DNA of 64,000 nucleotides from an uncultured Alphaproteobacteria bacterium. GTDB taxonomy: Bacteria; Pseudomonadota; Alphaproteobacteria; Rhizobiales; Kaistiaceae. The notes below the pieces were generated by a model. It was not told where the DNA came from, did no database searches, and saw only the letters and a program-made list of their open reading frames with translations. Of this stretch, positions 52,515 through 61,775 are shown in pieces; within the stretch, counting starts at the first letter, position 1; each line of letters begins with the position of its first letter. Where the stretch lies: NCBI GenBank assembly GCA_963798195.1, contig CAWCSF010000005.1, positions 9,725-73,724 on the forward strand. The letters are read 5' to 3'. The translations under genes and the position numbers were made by a program.

Positions 52515-52528
52515 TTTAGGCCCCTAAA
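52515..52528. promoter_or_regulatory. Perfect palindrome TTTAGG-CC-CCTAAA abutting the MarR start
   Basis: A 6-2-6 inverted repeat ending 3 nt before ATG 52532. There is no Shine-Dalgarno between them. Confidence 0.4.
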
Positions 52529-52531
52529 TTC

Positions 52532-53011
52532 ATGGGCTTCGACCACCGCAAGACAGTCACCTACAGGCTCGCCCAGGCAGCGCATGCCTACCGGGTGCGG
52601 GCCGGCAGCCAGTTGTCCCGGATCAACCTGCATTCCGGCCAGGAAACGCTGCTCAAGGCGCTGGCCGGCTCCGACGGCATGTCGATGAGCGATCTGGCCG
52701 CCTCGCTGGGCGTCCAGCCTCCCACCGTCACCAAGATGATCAGCCGGCTTGCGGCGCAGGATTATGTCGAGCGCCGCGCCTCGGCAGGCGATGGGCGCCA
52801 GGCCCAGGTCTTCCTGACCGAACGCGGCCAGCACGCCATCGCGATGATCGACAAGTTGTGGAAGCGGATCGAGAAGACCGCGCTCGGCGAAATCGACGAG
52901 AAAGACCGCAAGCGGCTCCGCAAGCTGCTCCGGCAGGTCGAACGCAATCTCGGCGTTGCGCGGGACGATCCTGCCACCGACGCCGAGGACGCCGAGGCCG
53001 AGGCGAACTAG
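52532..53011 (+). CDS. MarR family transcriptional regulator
   Basis: GQETLLKALAGSDGMSMSDLAASLGVQPPTVTKMISRLAAQDYVERRASAGDGRQAQVFLT, with an acidic C-terminal tail. Confidence 0.9.
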   Translation: MGFDHRKTVTYRLAQAAHAYRVRAGSQLSRINLHSGQETLLKALAGSDGMSMSDLAASLGVQPPTVTKMISRLAAQDYVERRASAGDGRQAQVFLTERGQHAIAMIDKLWKRIEKTALGEIDEKDRKRLRKLLRQVERNLGVARDDPATDAEDAEAEAN

Positions 53012-53062
53012 GACTCCGGCGGCTCCCGCCGAGATTTGCCCAGGACCGCACGGACGACTACC

Positions 53063-53851
53063 ATGCGGCCTCCCAAGGCAGCCAGCAGGTCACCCGTGCC
53101 CATCAAATTCGATTTCTCTGGCCGCGTCGCGGTCGTCACCGGCGGCGCGCAGGGGATTGGCCGCGCGGTCGTCGAGCGGCTGATCGATGGCGGCGCCGCC
53201 GTCGCAATCTGGGACAACGACAAGCCACTGGGCGAGAAGACTGCGGGAGAACTGGGCAGCCGGGGAAAAGTCATTGCTCTCGGGGTCGATGTTTCCGACG
53301 AGAAGGCGGTGGAGACGGCACGCGCGGCGACCGTCAGCCAGCTTGGCGAGGTCGACATCCTCGTGAACAACGCCGGCGTCGCCGGCAAGAACGCCAACGT
53401 CGCCGACTACCCGATCGACGAGTGGGACCGCGTCATCCGGATCAACCTGCGCAGCCAGTTCCTCTGCTGCCGCGCTTTCGTCGGCGGCATGGTCGCCCGC
53501 GACTACGGACGCATCGCCAACATCGCCTCGATCGCCGGCAAGGAGGGCAACCCGACGGCCTCGCCCTACTCGGCATCGAAGGCCGGCGTCATCGCGCTGA
53601 CGAAGTCGCTGGCGAAGGAGACCGCGACCAGCAACATTTCGGTCAATGCCATTGCGCCTGTCACCGCCAATACACGCATTCTGGATCAGGTCACCCAGGC
53701 ACATATCGACTACATGCTGGCCAAGATTCCGCGCGGACGATTTGTCACCGTCGAGGAAATCGCCGCCACGGTTGCCTTCATGGTATCCGACGAGTGCTCC
53801 TTCACGACCGGCCATACCTTCGACATCTCCGGCGGTCGCGCGACGTACTGA
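53063..53851 (+). CDS. SDR family oxidoreductase (FabG-like)
   Basis: TGGAQGIGRA, NNAG, and YSASKAG. The start is ambiguous (ATG 53063, or GTG near 53093). Confidence 0.85.
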   Translation: MRPPKAASRSPVPIKFDFSGRVAVVTGGAQGIGRAVVERLIDGGAAVAIWDNDKPLGEKTAGELGSRGKVIALGVDVSDEKAVETARAATVSQLGEVDILVNNAGVAGKNANVADYPIDEWDRVIRINLRSQFLCCRAFVGGMVARDYGRIANIASIAGKEGNPTASPYSASKAGVIALTKSLAKETATSNISVNAIAPVTANTRILDQVTQAHIDYMLAKIPRGRFVTVEEIAATVAFMVSDECSFTTGHTFDISGGRATY

Positions 53852-53911
53852 GACAGACATCCTCCGCACGCGCGCCGGCCGGACCAGCGGTGGGCCGCCG
53901 GACACCCGACC

Positions 53912-54811
53912 GTGACCAAGCCGCACGCCCAGCTGACGCATGAAGAGTCCGCCGTTCGCGTGCGCGGCATCGCGCTCGTGCTGGGCGCGGTGTTCTGTTT
54001 CGCCCTGCTCGACGCCGGCGCCAAATACGCGGCCCGCTCGGTTCCTTCGATCGAGGTCGCCTGGGCCCGCTACTTCTTCAACCTCGTGCTGGCGGTCATC
54101 GTGCTCCGGCCCTGGCGGCACCTGGCTGACTACGCGACGAAGCGGCCATGGCTGCAATTCTGGCGGGCCATTTTCCTGCTCGGCTCGACCGTGCTGAACT
54201 TCTTCGCCATCCGCTACCTGCAGCTCGCCGAAGCCGGGGCGATCATGTTTGCCGGCCCCCTGCTGGCGACCGCGCTTGCCGGGCCGGTGCTCGGCGAATG
54301 GCCGGGCATCCGGCGGTGGGCGGCGGTCGTCGTCGGCTTCATCGGCGTCCTCATCGTGGTCCAGCCGGAGCCCTCGGCGTTCAATCCCGCCGCGCTGTTT
54401 TCCATCAGCGCAGCGCTTTGCTACGCCGGCTATTCGCTCACCACGCGGATGCTCTCAAGCACGGATACACCGTCGGGCATGCTGATTTACGCCGCCGCGG
54501 TCGCGACGGTCGTGCTGACGCCGGCGCTGCCGCCGCTCTGGGTCTGGCCGCCGACATGGCTCGTCGCCGCTGCGATGGTCGGAACCGGAGTGGCCGGGGC
54601 CGTCGGCCACTGGTTCCTGATCAGGGCCCATCGCGATGCGCCACCAACAGTCCTTGCGCCGTTCACGTATACGCAGCTGATCTGGGCGATCGGCCTCGGG
54701 TTCATCACCTTCGGTGATATCCCAAGTTCCGGCACGCTGATCGGCGCCGCGCTGATCGTGGCAAGCGGCCTCTATGCCCTTTACCGGGAGCGGGTTCGCC
54801 GCGACCGCTGA
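53912..54811 (+). CDS. DMT superfamily (EamA-type) transporter
   Basis: 299 aa with ten hydrophobic segments in two EamA repeats. GTG start. Confidence 0.85.
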   Translation: MTKPHAQLTHEESAVRVRGIALVLGAVFCFALLDAGAKYAARSVPSIEVAWARYFFNLVLAVIVLRPWRHLADYATKRPWLQFWRAIFLLGSTVLNFFAIRYLQLAEAGAIMFAGPLLATALAGPVLGEWPGIRRWAAVVVGFIGVLIVVQPEPSAFNPAALFSISAALCYAGYSLTTRMLSSTDTPSGMLIYAAAVATVVLTPALPPLWVWPPTWLVAAAMVGTGVAGAVGHWFLIRAHRDAPPTVLAPFTYTQLIWAIGLGFITFGDIPSSGTLIGAALIVASGLYALYRERVRRDR

Positions 54812-54872
54812 GCCCATCTTGCGATCAACGCGTACGTCGATAAAGTCGATTATCCCGCAGGAGAAAAGACCC

Positions 54873-55838
54873 TTGCCTAAAGTCGATGTCATTGCCGCCG
54901 GGAGCATGCCGGCGAAGACCTTAGCTTCGCTTGCCGAAGCTTTCTCAGTCCAAACGCTCGATTACCAACAGCCGCCCACGGCGGACATGGCCGCCAAAAC
55001 GCGCGGCCTTGCGCGCGGCAATCACTTCGAAATTGACCGCAACTTGATCGACCGCCTGCCAAAGCTCGAGATCATCGCCAATTTCGGCGTTGGCTACGAC
55101 GGTATCGACCTTAAGGCAGCCGCCGAACGCGGCATTGTCGTCACCAACACGCCGGACGTCCTGACCGAAGAAGTGGCCGACACGACGCTCGGGCTTCTGC
55201 TGATGACGGTGCGCGAACTCCCCGCCGCCGAACGGCACCTGCGCGCCGGCAAATGGGCAAAAGAGGGCACCTACCCGCTTACTGCCGCCACCATGCGCGA
55301 TCGCACGGTCGGCATCGCCGGCCTCGGCCGCATCGGCATCGCCGTCGCGCGCCGGCTGGACGCCATGCAGGTGCCGGTGGTCTATCACAACCGCCACAAG
55401 CGCGACGACCTGCCCTATCGGCACTACCCGGACCTGATGGACATGGCCCGGGACGTCGACACCATCATCAGCGTGCTTCCCGGCGGCGAAGGTACGGCGA
55501 AGCTGATCAACGCCGACGTATTCAAGGCGCTCGGACCGCGAGGGGTCTTCATCAATATCGGACGCGGCAGCGCGGTCGACGAAGCCGCTCTGATCAGAGC
55601 GCTGAAGGATGGCACGATCTTCGCCGCCGGGCTCGACGTGTTCGACAACGAGCCAAACATTCCGCCCGAACTGCTGGCGCTGCCCAACGCGGTGCTGTTG
55701 CCGCATGTCGGGTCGGCGTCTGTCTACACGCGTGACGGCATGGGGCAGCTCTGCGTCGACAACCTGACAAGCTGGTTCGACAAGGGCAAGCCGCTGACGC
55801 CGGTGCCCGAAACGCCGTGGAAGGCCAAAGCAAAATAG
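54873..55838 (+). CDS. D-isomer-specific 2-hydroxyacid dehydrogenase (glyoxylate/hydroxypyruvate reductase-like)
   Basis: The TTG start is preceded by AGGAGAA. GIAGLGRIGIAVARRL NAD fold, INIGRGSAVDE, and LDVFDNEP...LLPHVGSAS. Confidence 0.85.
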   Translation: MPKVDVIAAGSMPAKTLASLAEAFSVQTLDYQQPPTADMAAKTRGLARGNHFEIDRNLIDRLPKLEIIANFGVGYDGIDLKAAAERGIVVTNTPDVLTEEVADTTLGLLLMTVRELPAAERHLRAGKWAKEGTYPLTAATMRDRTVGIAGLGRIGIAVARRLDAMQVPVVYHNRHKRDDLPYRHYPDLMDMARDVDTIISVLPGGEGTAKLINADVFKALGPRGVFINIGRGSAVDEAALIRALKDGTIFAAGLDVFDNEPNIPPELLALPNAVLLPHVGSASVYTRDGMGQLCVDNLTSWFDKGKPLTPVPETPWKAKAK

Positions 55839-55854
55839 GCGGCGAACCGCGTGC

Positions 55855-56338
55855 CTACTGTTCCAGGCTGGCGAAATTTCCGTGCGCGACCACGAGCCAG
55901 CCGTCCCCTGACTTGCGGAAGACCGTCAGCCGTGGGGCAATCGGCCTGCACCACCTTGCCGTCGCGGGTCTGTTTGAGGTTGAGCACGTAACTCGTGACC
56001 ATGATGTCGCCCTCGGTGGTCACCGCCAGATTCTCGACCGGAGGGATGGTCTCGATCCTGGGCAGGTCGCTGGCCAGGTAACCGTCTCGGTCGTGGACCG
56101 AACCGTCGGCGCGGACGATCTGGAAATCGGGCGCAAGAATGCGGCCAAGGGTCTGGGGATCGCCGCTGGCGACGGCCGCGATCCAGGCGTCGAGCGCCCT
56201 GGTGGCCTCGGCTTTGAGCTGATCCTGCGCCTCGGCGGCGAACGCGGGGCCGCCAATGGGCGCAACGACCAGAGGGACCACCGCCAAAGCCACCGTCATC
56301 ACCGCCGCAGCAATTCCGCACCGATTTATCGTTCGCAT
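55855..56338 (-). pseudogene. Secreted NTF2/SnoaL-like (DUF4440-type) protein with a frameshift at a G4 run
   Basis: MRTINRCGIAAAVMTVALAVV... runs in frame to ...DGKVVQADCP, then nonsense. The other frame gives the expected C-terminus RLTVFRKSGDGWLVVAHGNFASLEQ*. Length is 484 nt (3n+1). GGGG at 55934-55937. Confidence 0.7.
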
Positions 56339-56357
56339 CGCCGTCTCCCGGCTTTGG

Positions 56358-58739
56358 TTACTCCCCATAGGGGATCCAGATGTTCTTGACCTGGCAGGCG
56401 CGGCCTAGCAGTTCACGACCACCGCCAATCGCCGGATCGTCCCAGTCGCGCGCCACCGCCTCGGTCCACGTCTGCTTGAGATTTCCGGCCGAGACGCGCT
56501 CCATGTCGGCCGCGGCGTCGGCATTTCCGAAATACCAGATCGCGTCCACGGCATCGTGCTTGGCGAGCTCCAGCGCCAGCGCGCGCTTGTCGCCGGTGAC
56601 GATGTTGACCACACCGCCCGGCAGGTCGGACGTGTCGAGCACCTGGTAGAAATCCGTCGCAATCAACGCCTGCGCTTCCGACGGCACGATGACGGTCGTG
56701 TTGCCGGCGGCGATCGCGGCACCCATGAGCGACACGAATGCCAGCAGGCCCGGCTCCTCCGGACAAGCAATACCCACGACGCCAACCGGCTCGTTCATCG
56801 CGAGCGCCAGTCCGCGGAACGGCGGCCGGTGGACCGCACCCTCGTATTTGTCCGCCCAGGCGCCCCACTGGAACAGCCGCGTCACGGACGCATCGACCTC
56901 GATCCGGGTCTTGGCGCTCTTCACGCCCTTGAGCAGCCGGAGCCGGTCCGCGAATTCGGCGGCGCGGGCGTCGAGGTTCTCGGCGATGTAGTAGAGGATC
57001 TGCGCGCGGTTATGCTCGGAGGTCGCTGCCCATTTCGGCGCGATCTTGCGCGCCGCCTCGACCGCGTCTCGGATGTCCTTGCGGTTGCCCTCACCGACTT
57101 CGCCGACGAGCTTGCGCGCCGTCGACGCGACACCGCGCGTGTAACCGCCGTCGGGCCGCACCTGCTTGCCGCCGATATACATCTTGGCCGTGCGGTCTAT
57201 GCCGCCGCCGATCAGTTCCAGCCCGAGTTCAGGTTTCACCGGCGCGGTTTCGGCGAGTGCCTTGGCCGACTTCAGCCAGCGCGGCTTGGTGTAGGCGGCG
57301 AGCCCCTCGCGCCCGCCTTCGCGGCCGTAACCGGATTCCTTGTAGCCGCCAAAGCCGGCCGACGCGTCGAAGAGGTTGGTCGAATTCACCCAGACCACGC
57401 CACATTTCAGCTTGGGCGCGATATCGAGTGCGAGGTTGATCGACTCCGACCAGACGCTGGCGGCGAGACCATATTCGGTGTTGTTGGCGAGCGCGACGGC
57501 TTCCTCCGGCGTGCGGAAGGTCATCTCGACCGCAACCGGGCCGAAAATCTCCACCCGCGCCACAGTCGCGGCGGGATGCACGTTGGTCATCAGCGTCGGC
57601 GGGAAGAAGCAGCCGGTCCCCGGCAACGCGGCGCGGGTCTGGAAAACTTCGGCCCCCTCGTCCATGCCCTGCTGAACCAGCTTGCGGATACGCTCGAGCT
57701 GGACCGGCGCGACGATGGCACCGACATCGATCGCCTTGTCGAGTGGCGGACCGACACGCAGGGTATCCAGCCGTGCCTTCAGCTTGGCGACGAACGCCTC
57801 GTGCACGCCTTCCTGCACCAACAGCCGCGAACCGGCGCAGCAGACCTGGCCCTGGTTGAACCAGATGGCATCGACGACGCCTTCCACGGCAGAGTCGAGA
57901 TCGGCGTCCTCGAAGACGATGAACGGCGACTTGCCGCCGAGTTCCAGGGTCAGCGACTTGCCGGAGCCGGCGGTCGCCTCTCGAATCTTGCGGCCGACCT
58001 CGGTCGAGCCGGTGAAGGCTATCTTGTCGATGCCCGGATGGTTGACGATCAGTTCGCCCGTGGCGCCGTCGCCAGTGACGATGTTGACCACGCCTTTCGG
58101 CAGGCCGGCCATCTCGCAAATCTCGGCGAAAAGCAGCGCCGACAGGGAGGTGAACTCGGCCGGCTTCAGCACGCTGGTGTTGCCCAGCGCGATCGCCGGC
58201 GCGATCTTCCACGCCAGCATGAGCAGCGGGAAATTCCAGGGGATGATCTGGCCGCAAACGCCGACCGGCATACGGTCGGTGAGTTCGCCGTCCATCAATT
58301 CCGCCCAGCCGGCGTGATGGTAGAAATGCCGCGAGACCAGCGGGATATCGATATCGCGGGTCTCGCGGATCGGCTTGCCGTTGTCGATGGCCTCGAGCAC
58401 AGCGAAAAGGCGGCTGTGTCGCTGGATCAGACGCGCGATGGCGTAGAGGTACTTCGCCCGCTCGTGACCGGGCAGGCGCGACCACGGCCCCTGCGCCTTG
58501 CGCGCGGCCTTGACCGCGTCATCGACGTCCGCCGCGCCGGCCTGCGCCACCGGCATGATGACGGCGCCGGTCGATGGATCGCTGGTGTCGAACCACGCGC
58601 CGGATTCCGGCTTGCGCCATTCGCCGTTGATGAAGAGGCCGATGCCCCCGGCGTGTTTCGCGATCCAGGCGCGCGCGTCCTTGTCGCTCTCCGGGGCGGG
58701 CCCGTAGTCCATCGTGTCGAGGATTTCAGCAACCGACAT
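56358..58739 (-). CDS. Aldehyde dehydrogenase family protein with an extra C-terminal partial ALDH-like domain (793 aa)
   Basis: Residues ~20-490 form a complete ALDH (IIPWNFP, LELGGKSP, FNQGQVCCAGSR). Residues ~520-793 resemble only the NAD-binding half (EPVGVVGIACPEEP, VNIVTGDKRAL) and lack the E-L-G-G and Cys motifs. Confidence 0.9.
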   Translation of the reverse strand: MSVAEILDTMDYGPAPESDKDARAWIAKHAGGIGLFINGEWRKPESGAWFDTSDPSTGAVIMPVAQAGAADVDDAVKAARKAQGPWSRLPGHERAKYLYAIARLIQRHSRLFAVLEAIDNGKPIRETRDIDIPLVSRHFYHHAGWAELMDGELTDRMPVGVCGQIIPWNFPLLMLAWKIAPAIALGNTSVLKPAEFTSLSALLFAEICEMAGLPKGVVNIVTGDGATGELIVNHPGIDKIAFTGSTEVGRKIREATAGSGKSLTLELGGKSPFIVFEDADLDSAVEGVVDAIWFNQGQVCCAGSRLLVQEGVHEAFVAKLKARLDTLRVGPPLDKAIDVGAIVAPVQLERIRKLVQQGMDEGAEVFQTRAALPGTGCFFPPTLMTNVHPAATVARVEIFGPVAVEMTFRTPEEAVALANNTEYGLAASVWSESINLALDIAPKLKCGVVWVNSTNLFDASAGFGGYKESGYGREGGREGLAAYTKPRWLKSAKALAETAPVKPELGLELIGGGIDRTAKMYIGGKQVRPDGGYTRGVASTARKLVGEVGEGNRKDIRDAVEAARKIAPKWAATSEHNRAQILYYIAENLDARAAEFADRLRLLKGVKSAKTRIEVDASVTRLFQWGAWADKYEGAVHRPPFRGLALAMNEPVGVVGIACPEEPGLLAFVSLMGAAIAAGNTTVIVPSEAQALIATDFYQVLDTSDLPGGVVNIVTGDKRALALELAKHDAVDAIWYFGNADAAADMERVSAGNLKQTWTEAVARDWDDPAIGGGRELLGRACQVKNIWIPYGE

Positions 58740-58743
58740 GGCG

Positions 58744-59754
58744 TCAGGCCATCGCGTGGTGGTCGAAGGAGGCGTAGCGGCCGGTGAGGAAGTATTCCAG
58801 CTGCCGTTCTATGTCAGCGAGCAGCGAAGATGCGCCGATGCGGAAGAGGCCCGGCTGGAGCCAGTTGCTGCCAAGCTCTTCCTTCATCACGAACTGGAAG
58901 CTCATCGCGTCCTTGGCGGTGGAGATGCCGCCGGCCGGCTTGAAGCCGACAATGTGCCCGGTCATATCGCGATAGGCGCGAATGGCGCGGACCATGACCA
59001 GCGCGACCGGGAGCGTGGCGTTGACGCCTTCCTTGCCGGTCGACGTCTTGATGAAATCCGAGCCGGCCATCATCGCGACCAGCGATGCCTTGCCGACGTT
59101 CCGCAGCGTCTTGAGGTCACCCGTGCCGAGGATGGTCTTCATGTGCGCCGGCCCGCAGGCGGCCTTGAAGGCCTTAACCTCGTCGTAAAGTGCCTGCCAG
59201 TTGCCGGTGAGCACGTGCTCGCGGGTGATGACGATGTCGATCTCCTTCGCGCCGTCGGCGACCGATGCCTCGATCTCGGCAAGGCGCGTGGCAAAGGGCG
59301 AAAGGCCGGCGGGGAACGCGGTCGACACGGCGGCAACCGGGATGCCGGAACCCTTCAGCGCGTCGACCGCCGTCGCGACGAAGCGATGATAGACGCAGAC
59401 CGCGCCAACCTGGACGCCACGCTCGGCCAGCCCCAGCCCGTCGACGATGTCGGCGCGCAGGGGATGGCGCGCCTTGGCGCAGAGGCGGCGGACGCGGCCT
59501 TCGGTGTCGTCGCTGTTCAGCGTCGTGAGGTCGATGCATTCCAGCGCCTTGACCAGCCACGCCGCCTGCCATTCCTTCTTGACGGTGCGGCGCTTGGGCA
59601 ATGTCGAGGCCCGGCGCTCTACCGCTGAAAGGTTGACGCGAACGCCGGCAACGGGCTCGGGATCGAACGGGATGCCGGGGTTGTTGGGATGGTCCGGCGC
59701 GTTCCTCAGATGGTGAATCGCGGCGGATTCGCGGGATGGGACCGGGTTGGCCAT
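58744..59754 (-). CDS. deoC: Deoxyribose-phosphate aldolase (long, eukaryote-like form)
   Basis: IDLTTLNSDDT, VAAVSTAFPAG, EIDIVI, and the Schiff-base context DFIKTSTGK. Lies 4 nt upstream of the ALDH gene. Confidence 0.9.
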   Translation of the reverse strand: MANPVPSRESAAIHHLRNAPDHPNNPGIPFDPEPVAGVRVNLSAVERRASTLPKRRTVKKEWQAAWLVKALECIDLTTLNSDDTEGRVRRLCAKARHPLRADIVDGLGLAERGVQVGAVCVYHRFVATAVDALKGSGIPVAAVSTAFPAGLSPFATRLAEIEASVADGAKEIDIVITREHVLTGNWQALYDEVKAFKAACGPAHMKTILGTGDLKTLRNVGKASLVAMMAGSDFIKTSTGKEGVNATLPVALVMVRAIRAYRDMTGHIVGFKPAGGISTAKDAMSFQFVMKEELGSNWLQPGLFRIGASSLLADIERQLEYFLTGRYASFDHHAMA

Positions 59755-59888
59755 GGCGGGACTGGACCTCCTGCGCTTGAGGCTACCATTCCCGGCCGCG
59801 CATATCGAGGCGGCTCACGCCAGGCTTGCTGCACCGCGACCGGCGGCTTATGCCATGCGGCACCTGCGCAAGGTTGGGGGTAGAAACC

Positions 59889-60500
59889 ATGAAGCTGTAT
59901 CACTCGTCGACGTCGCCCTTTGTCCGCAAGGTCATGGTCTCCGCGATCGAGCTCGGCCTTGACGGTGAGATCGAGAAGACCAACACCAGCGTCAACCCCA
60001 TCAACCGAAACGCCATGGTGATCGCGGACAACCCGCTCGGCCAGGTGCCAACGCTGATCAGCCGCGATGGCCTGGCGATCCACGACAGCCGCGTCATCTG
60101 TGAATATCTGGATCATCTGGCCGGCGGCGGACGGCTCTTTCCAAAGGCCAGCCCGGAGCGTTGGCAGGCGCTTACCGAACAATCCCTGTCGGATGGAATG
60201 ACCGACGCGGCCCTGCTCCAACGCTACGAGATGACGTTGCGGCCGGAACCGCTGCGGTGGTCGGACTGGGCCAGCGGGCAGAACGACAAGGTTGTGAAGA
60301 GCCTCGACCGCCTCGAGGCGATGGCCGCAGGATTCGCAAGCCGCGTCGATATCGGCACCATCACCGTTGGCTGCGGTCTCGGCTACCTCGATTTCCGCTT
60401 TCCCGACCTCGGCTGGCGCAACGGGCGGGCGAGACTTGCCGATTGGTACGCCGGCTTTGCCGAACGGCCGGCGATGGTGGCGACCGCTCCCAAAGGCTGA
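59889..60500 (+). CDS. Glutathione S-transferase
   Basis: MKLYHSSTSPFVRKV, NPLGQVPTL, and IHDSRVICEYL form a thioredoxin-like N-domain, followed by a helical C-domain. Confidence 0.9.
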   Translation: MKLYHSSTSPFVRKVMVSAIELGLDGEIEKTNTSVNPINRNAMVIADNPLGQVPTLISRDGLAIHDSRVICEYLDHLAGGGRLFPKASPERWQALTEQSLSDGMTDAALLQRYEMTLRPEPLRWSDWASGQNDKVVKSLDRLEAMAAGFASRVDIGTITVGCGLGYLDFRFPDLGWRNGRARLADWYAGFAERPAMVATAPKG

Positions 60501-60505
60501 TCAGC

Positions 60506-61765
60506 TCACTGGGCTTTTGCCGCCGGAGCCGGCTCTTTCATCTCAGGCGCCGCGGCATCCCCGGCAGGAGCCGGTGGCTCCGGCATGGCCAAGGGCGGTG
60601 GAGCTTCGGCACTGTCGCCACCGCCAGCGCCTTCGTCGTTGGCGAGCGTCTCCAACGTCCAGACGACGAGGTCCTTCATGACCTTGCCAAAAGCCTCGTT
60701 GATCGACTTTGCCACCGGCTCGGCCTTGTCGATCTCCGTCGCCGGCGCGCTCGCCTCGAACAGCCGCGCATCGATAACCTTGCCGCCGACATCGAGAATC
60801 TTGCCCATTAGCGCGACCTTGGCTTCGGGCGTGCCCGAGGTCGTGTCGAGATCGAACGCGCGGATGTTCACCAGCAGCTGGAAGTCGCCGTTGACGCCGC
60901 CGGTATCCGACCCTACCCGCGGGTAGCCGGCGTTTTCGAAGCTCTGGATGAGCCGGGCCTGCGTCAGCAACGGAATGCTGTCCGCCCAGCGCGTGCCGTC
61001 GAAGGCCGCCGACGTCCCGTTCTTGCTCGTGATCATGATGCGCTGCGTATCAAGCGCGATCACGGTAGTGGGCGATGGGATCATGAGCTGGGCATCGGGA
61101 TAGGCGGCGATATCGCCAAAATCGCCGGCCGCGGTCAGGTCATAGTTGATCGTCTCGGGCTTCTTTCCACCGCCGACCATGCCCTCCAGCCCGGCAACAA
61201 TGCTGTCGATCTTGTCCGAGTTGCGCGCCAGCGCCTGGGCGAACGTATCGATGCTCGCGATGGCGCTCGTCACCGGCTCTGCGTTTTCGGTGAGGATGTC
61301 GTTGAGCTGGTTCAGCGCTTCGCGTGCGGATGTGGTCAGATCCTTGGAGCCGTTCGGGTCCGCCACCAGCAGCGGCGGCCCGCCGTTGATTCCTTCTGGC
61401 ATGGGCGCGGACGCTGTGCCGCCCTTCAGAGAAATCGTCGCCGTTCCGGTAAGGCCGCGAAAGTCCATGCCGACATACGTATCGGTATGAACCGGCGTGC
61501 GTGCGTCGATGGCGATGCGGGCCAGCACGAGTTCCGGATCATCGGTAGATAACGTCAGCCCGGTCACCTCGCCGACCTGCAAGCCGTTGAAAAGCACGGG
61601 CGATCCCGGCGACAGCCCGGACACGGACCCGTTGAAGCTGACCAGGTAGTCGGTGCGCTTCACCAGCCCACCGTTGTTGTACAGCCAGAAGATGAAGCCA
61701 ACGCCAGCGCCAATGACGGCCAGCACGAACAGCCCGATAAGAAAATAGCGTGCGCGGATTTCCAT
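60506..61765 (-). CDS. mlaD: MlaD/MCE-domain protein fused to a PqiC/YmbA-like (ABC auxiliary lipoprotein, DUF330) domain
   Basis: Trimmed to MEIRARYFLIGLFVLAVIGAGVGFIFW (TM). MCE block FNGSVSGLSPGSPVLFNGLQVGEV. The C-terminal half, LDTQRIMITS...RWADSIPLLTQARLIQSF...DFQLLVNIRAFD, is typical of DUF330, with a Pro/Ala-rich tail. Confidence 0.85.
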   Translation of the reverse strand: MEIRARYFLIGLFVLAVIGAGVGFIFWLYNNGGLVKRTDYLVSFNGSVSGLSPGSPVLFNGLQVGEVTGLTLSTDDPELVLARIAIDARTPVHTDTYVGMDFRGLTGTATISLKGGTASAPMPEGINGGPPLLVADPNGSKDLTTSAREALNQLNDILTENAEPVTSAIASIDTFAQALARNSDKIDSIVAGLEGMVGGGKKPETINYDLTAAGDFGDIAAYPDAQLMIPSPTTVIALDTQRIMITSKNGTSAAFDGTRWADSIPLLTQARLIQSFENAGYPRVGSDTGGVNGDFQLLVNIRAFDLDTTSGTPEAKVALMGKILDVGGKVIDARLFEASAPATEIDKAEPVAKSINEAFGKVMKDLVVWTLETLANDEGAGGGDSAEAPPPLAMPEPPAPAGDAAAPEMKEPAPAAKAQ

Positions 61766-61775
61766 GGCTTGCTTC

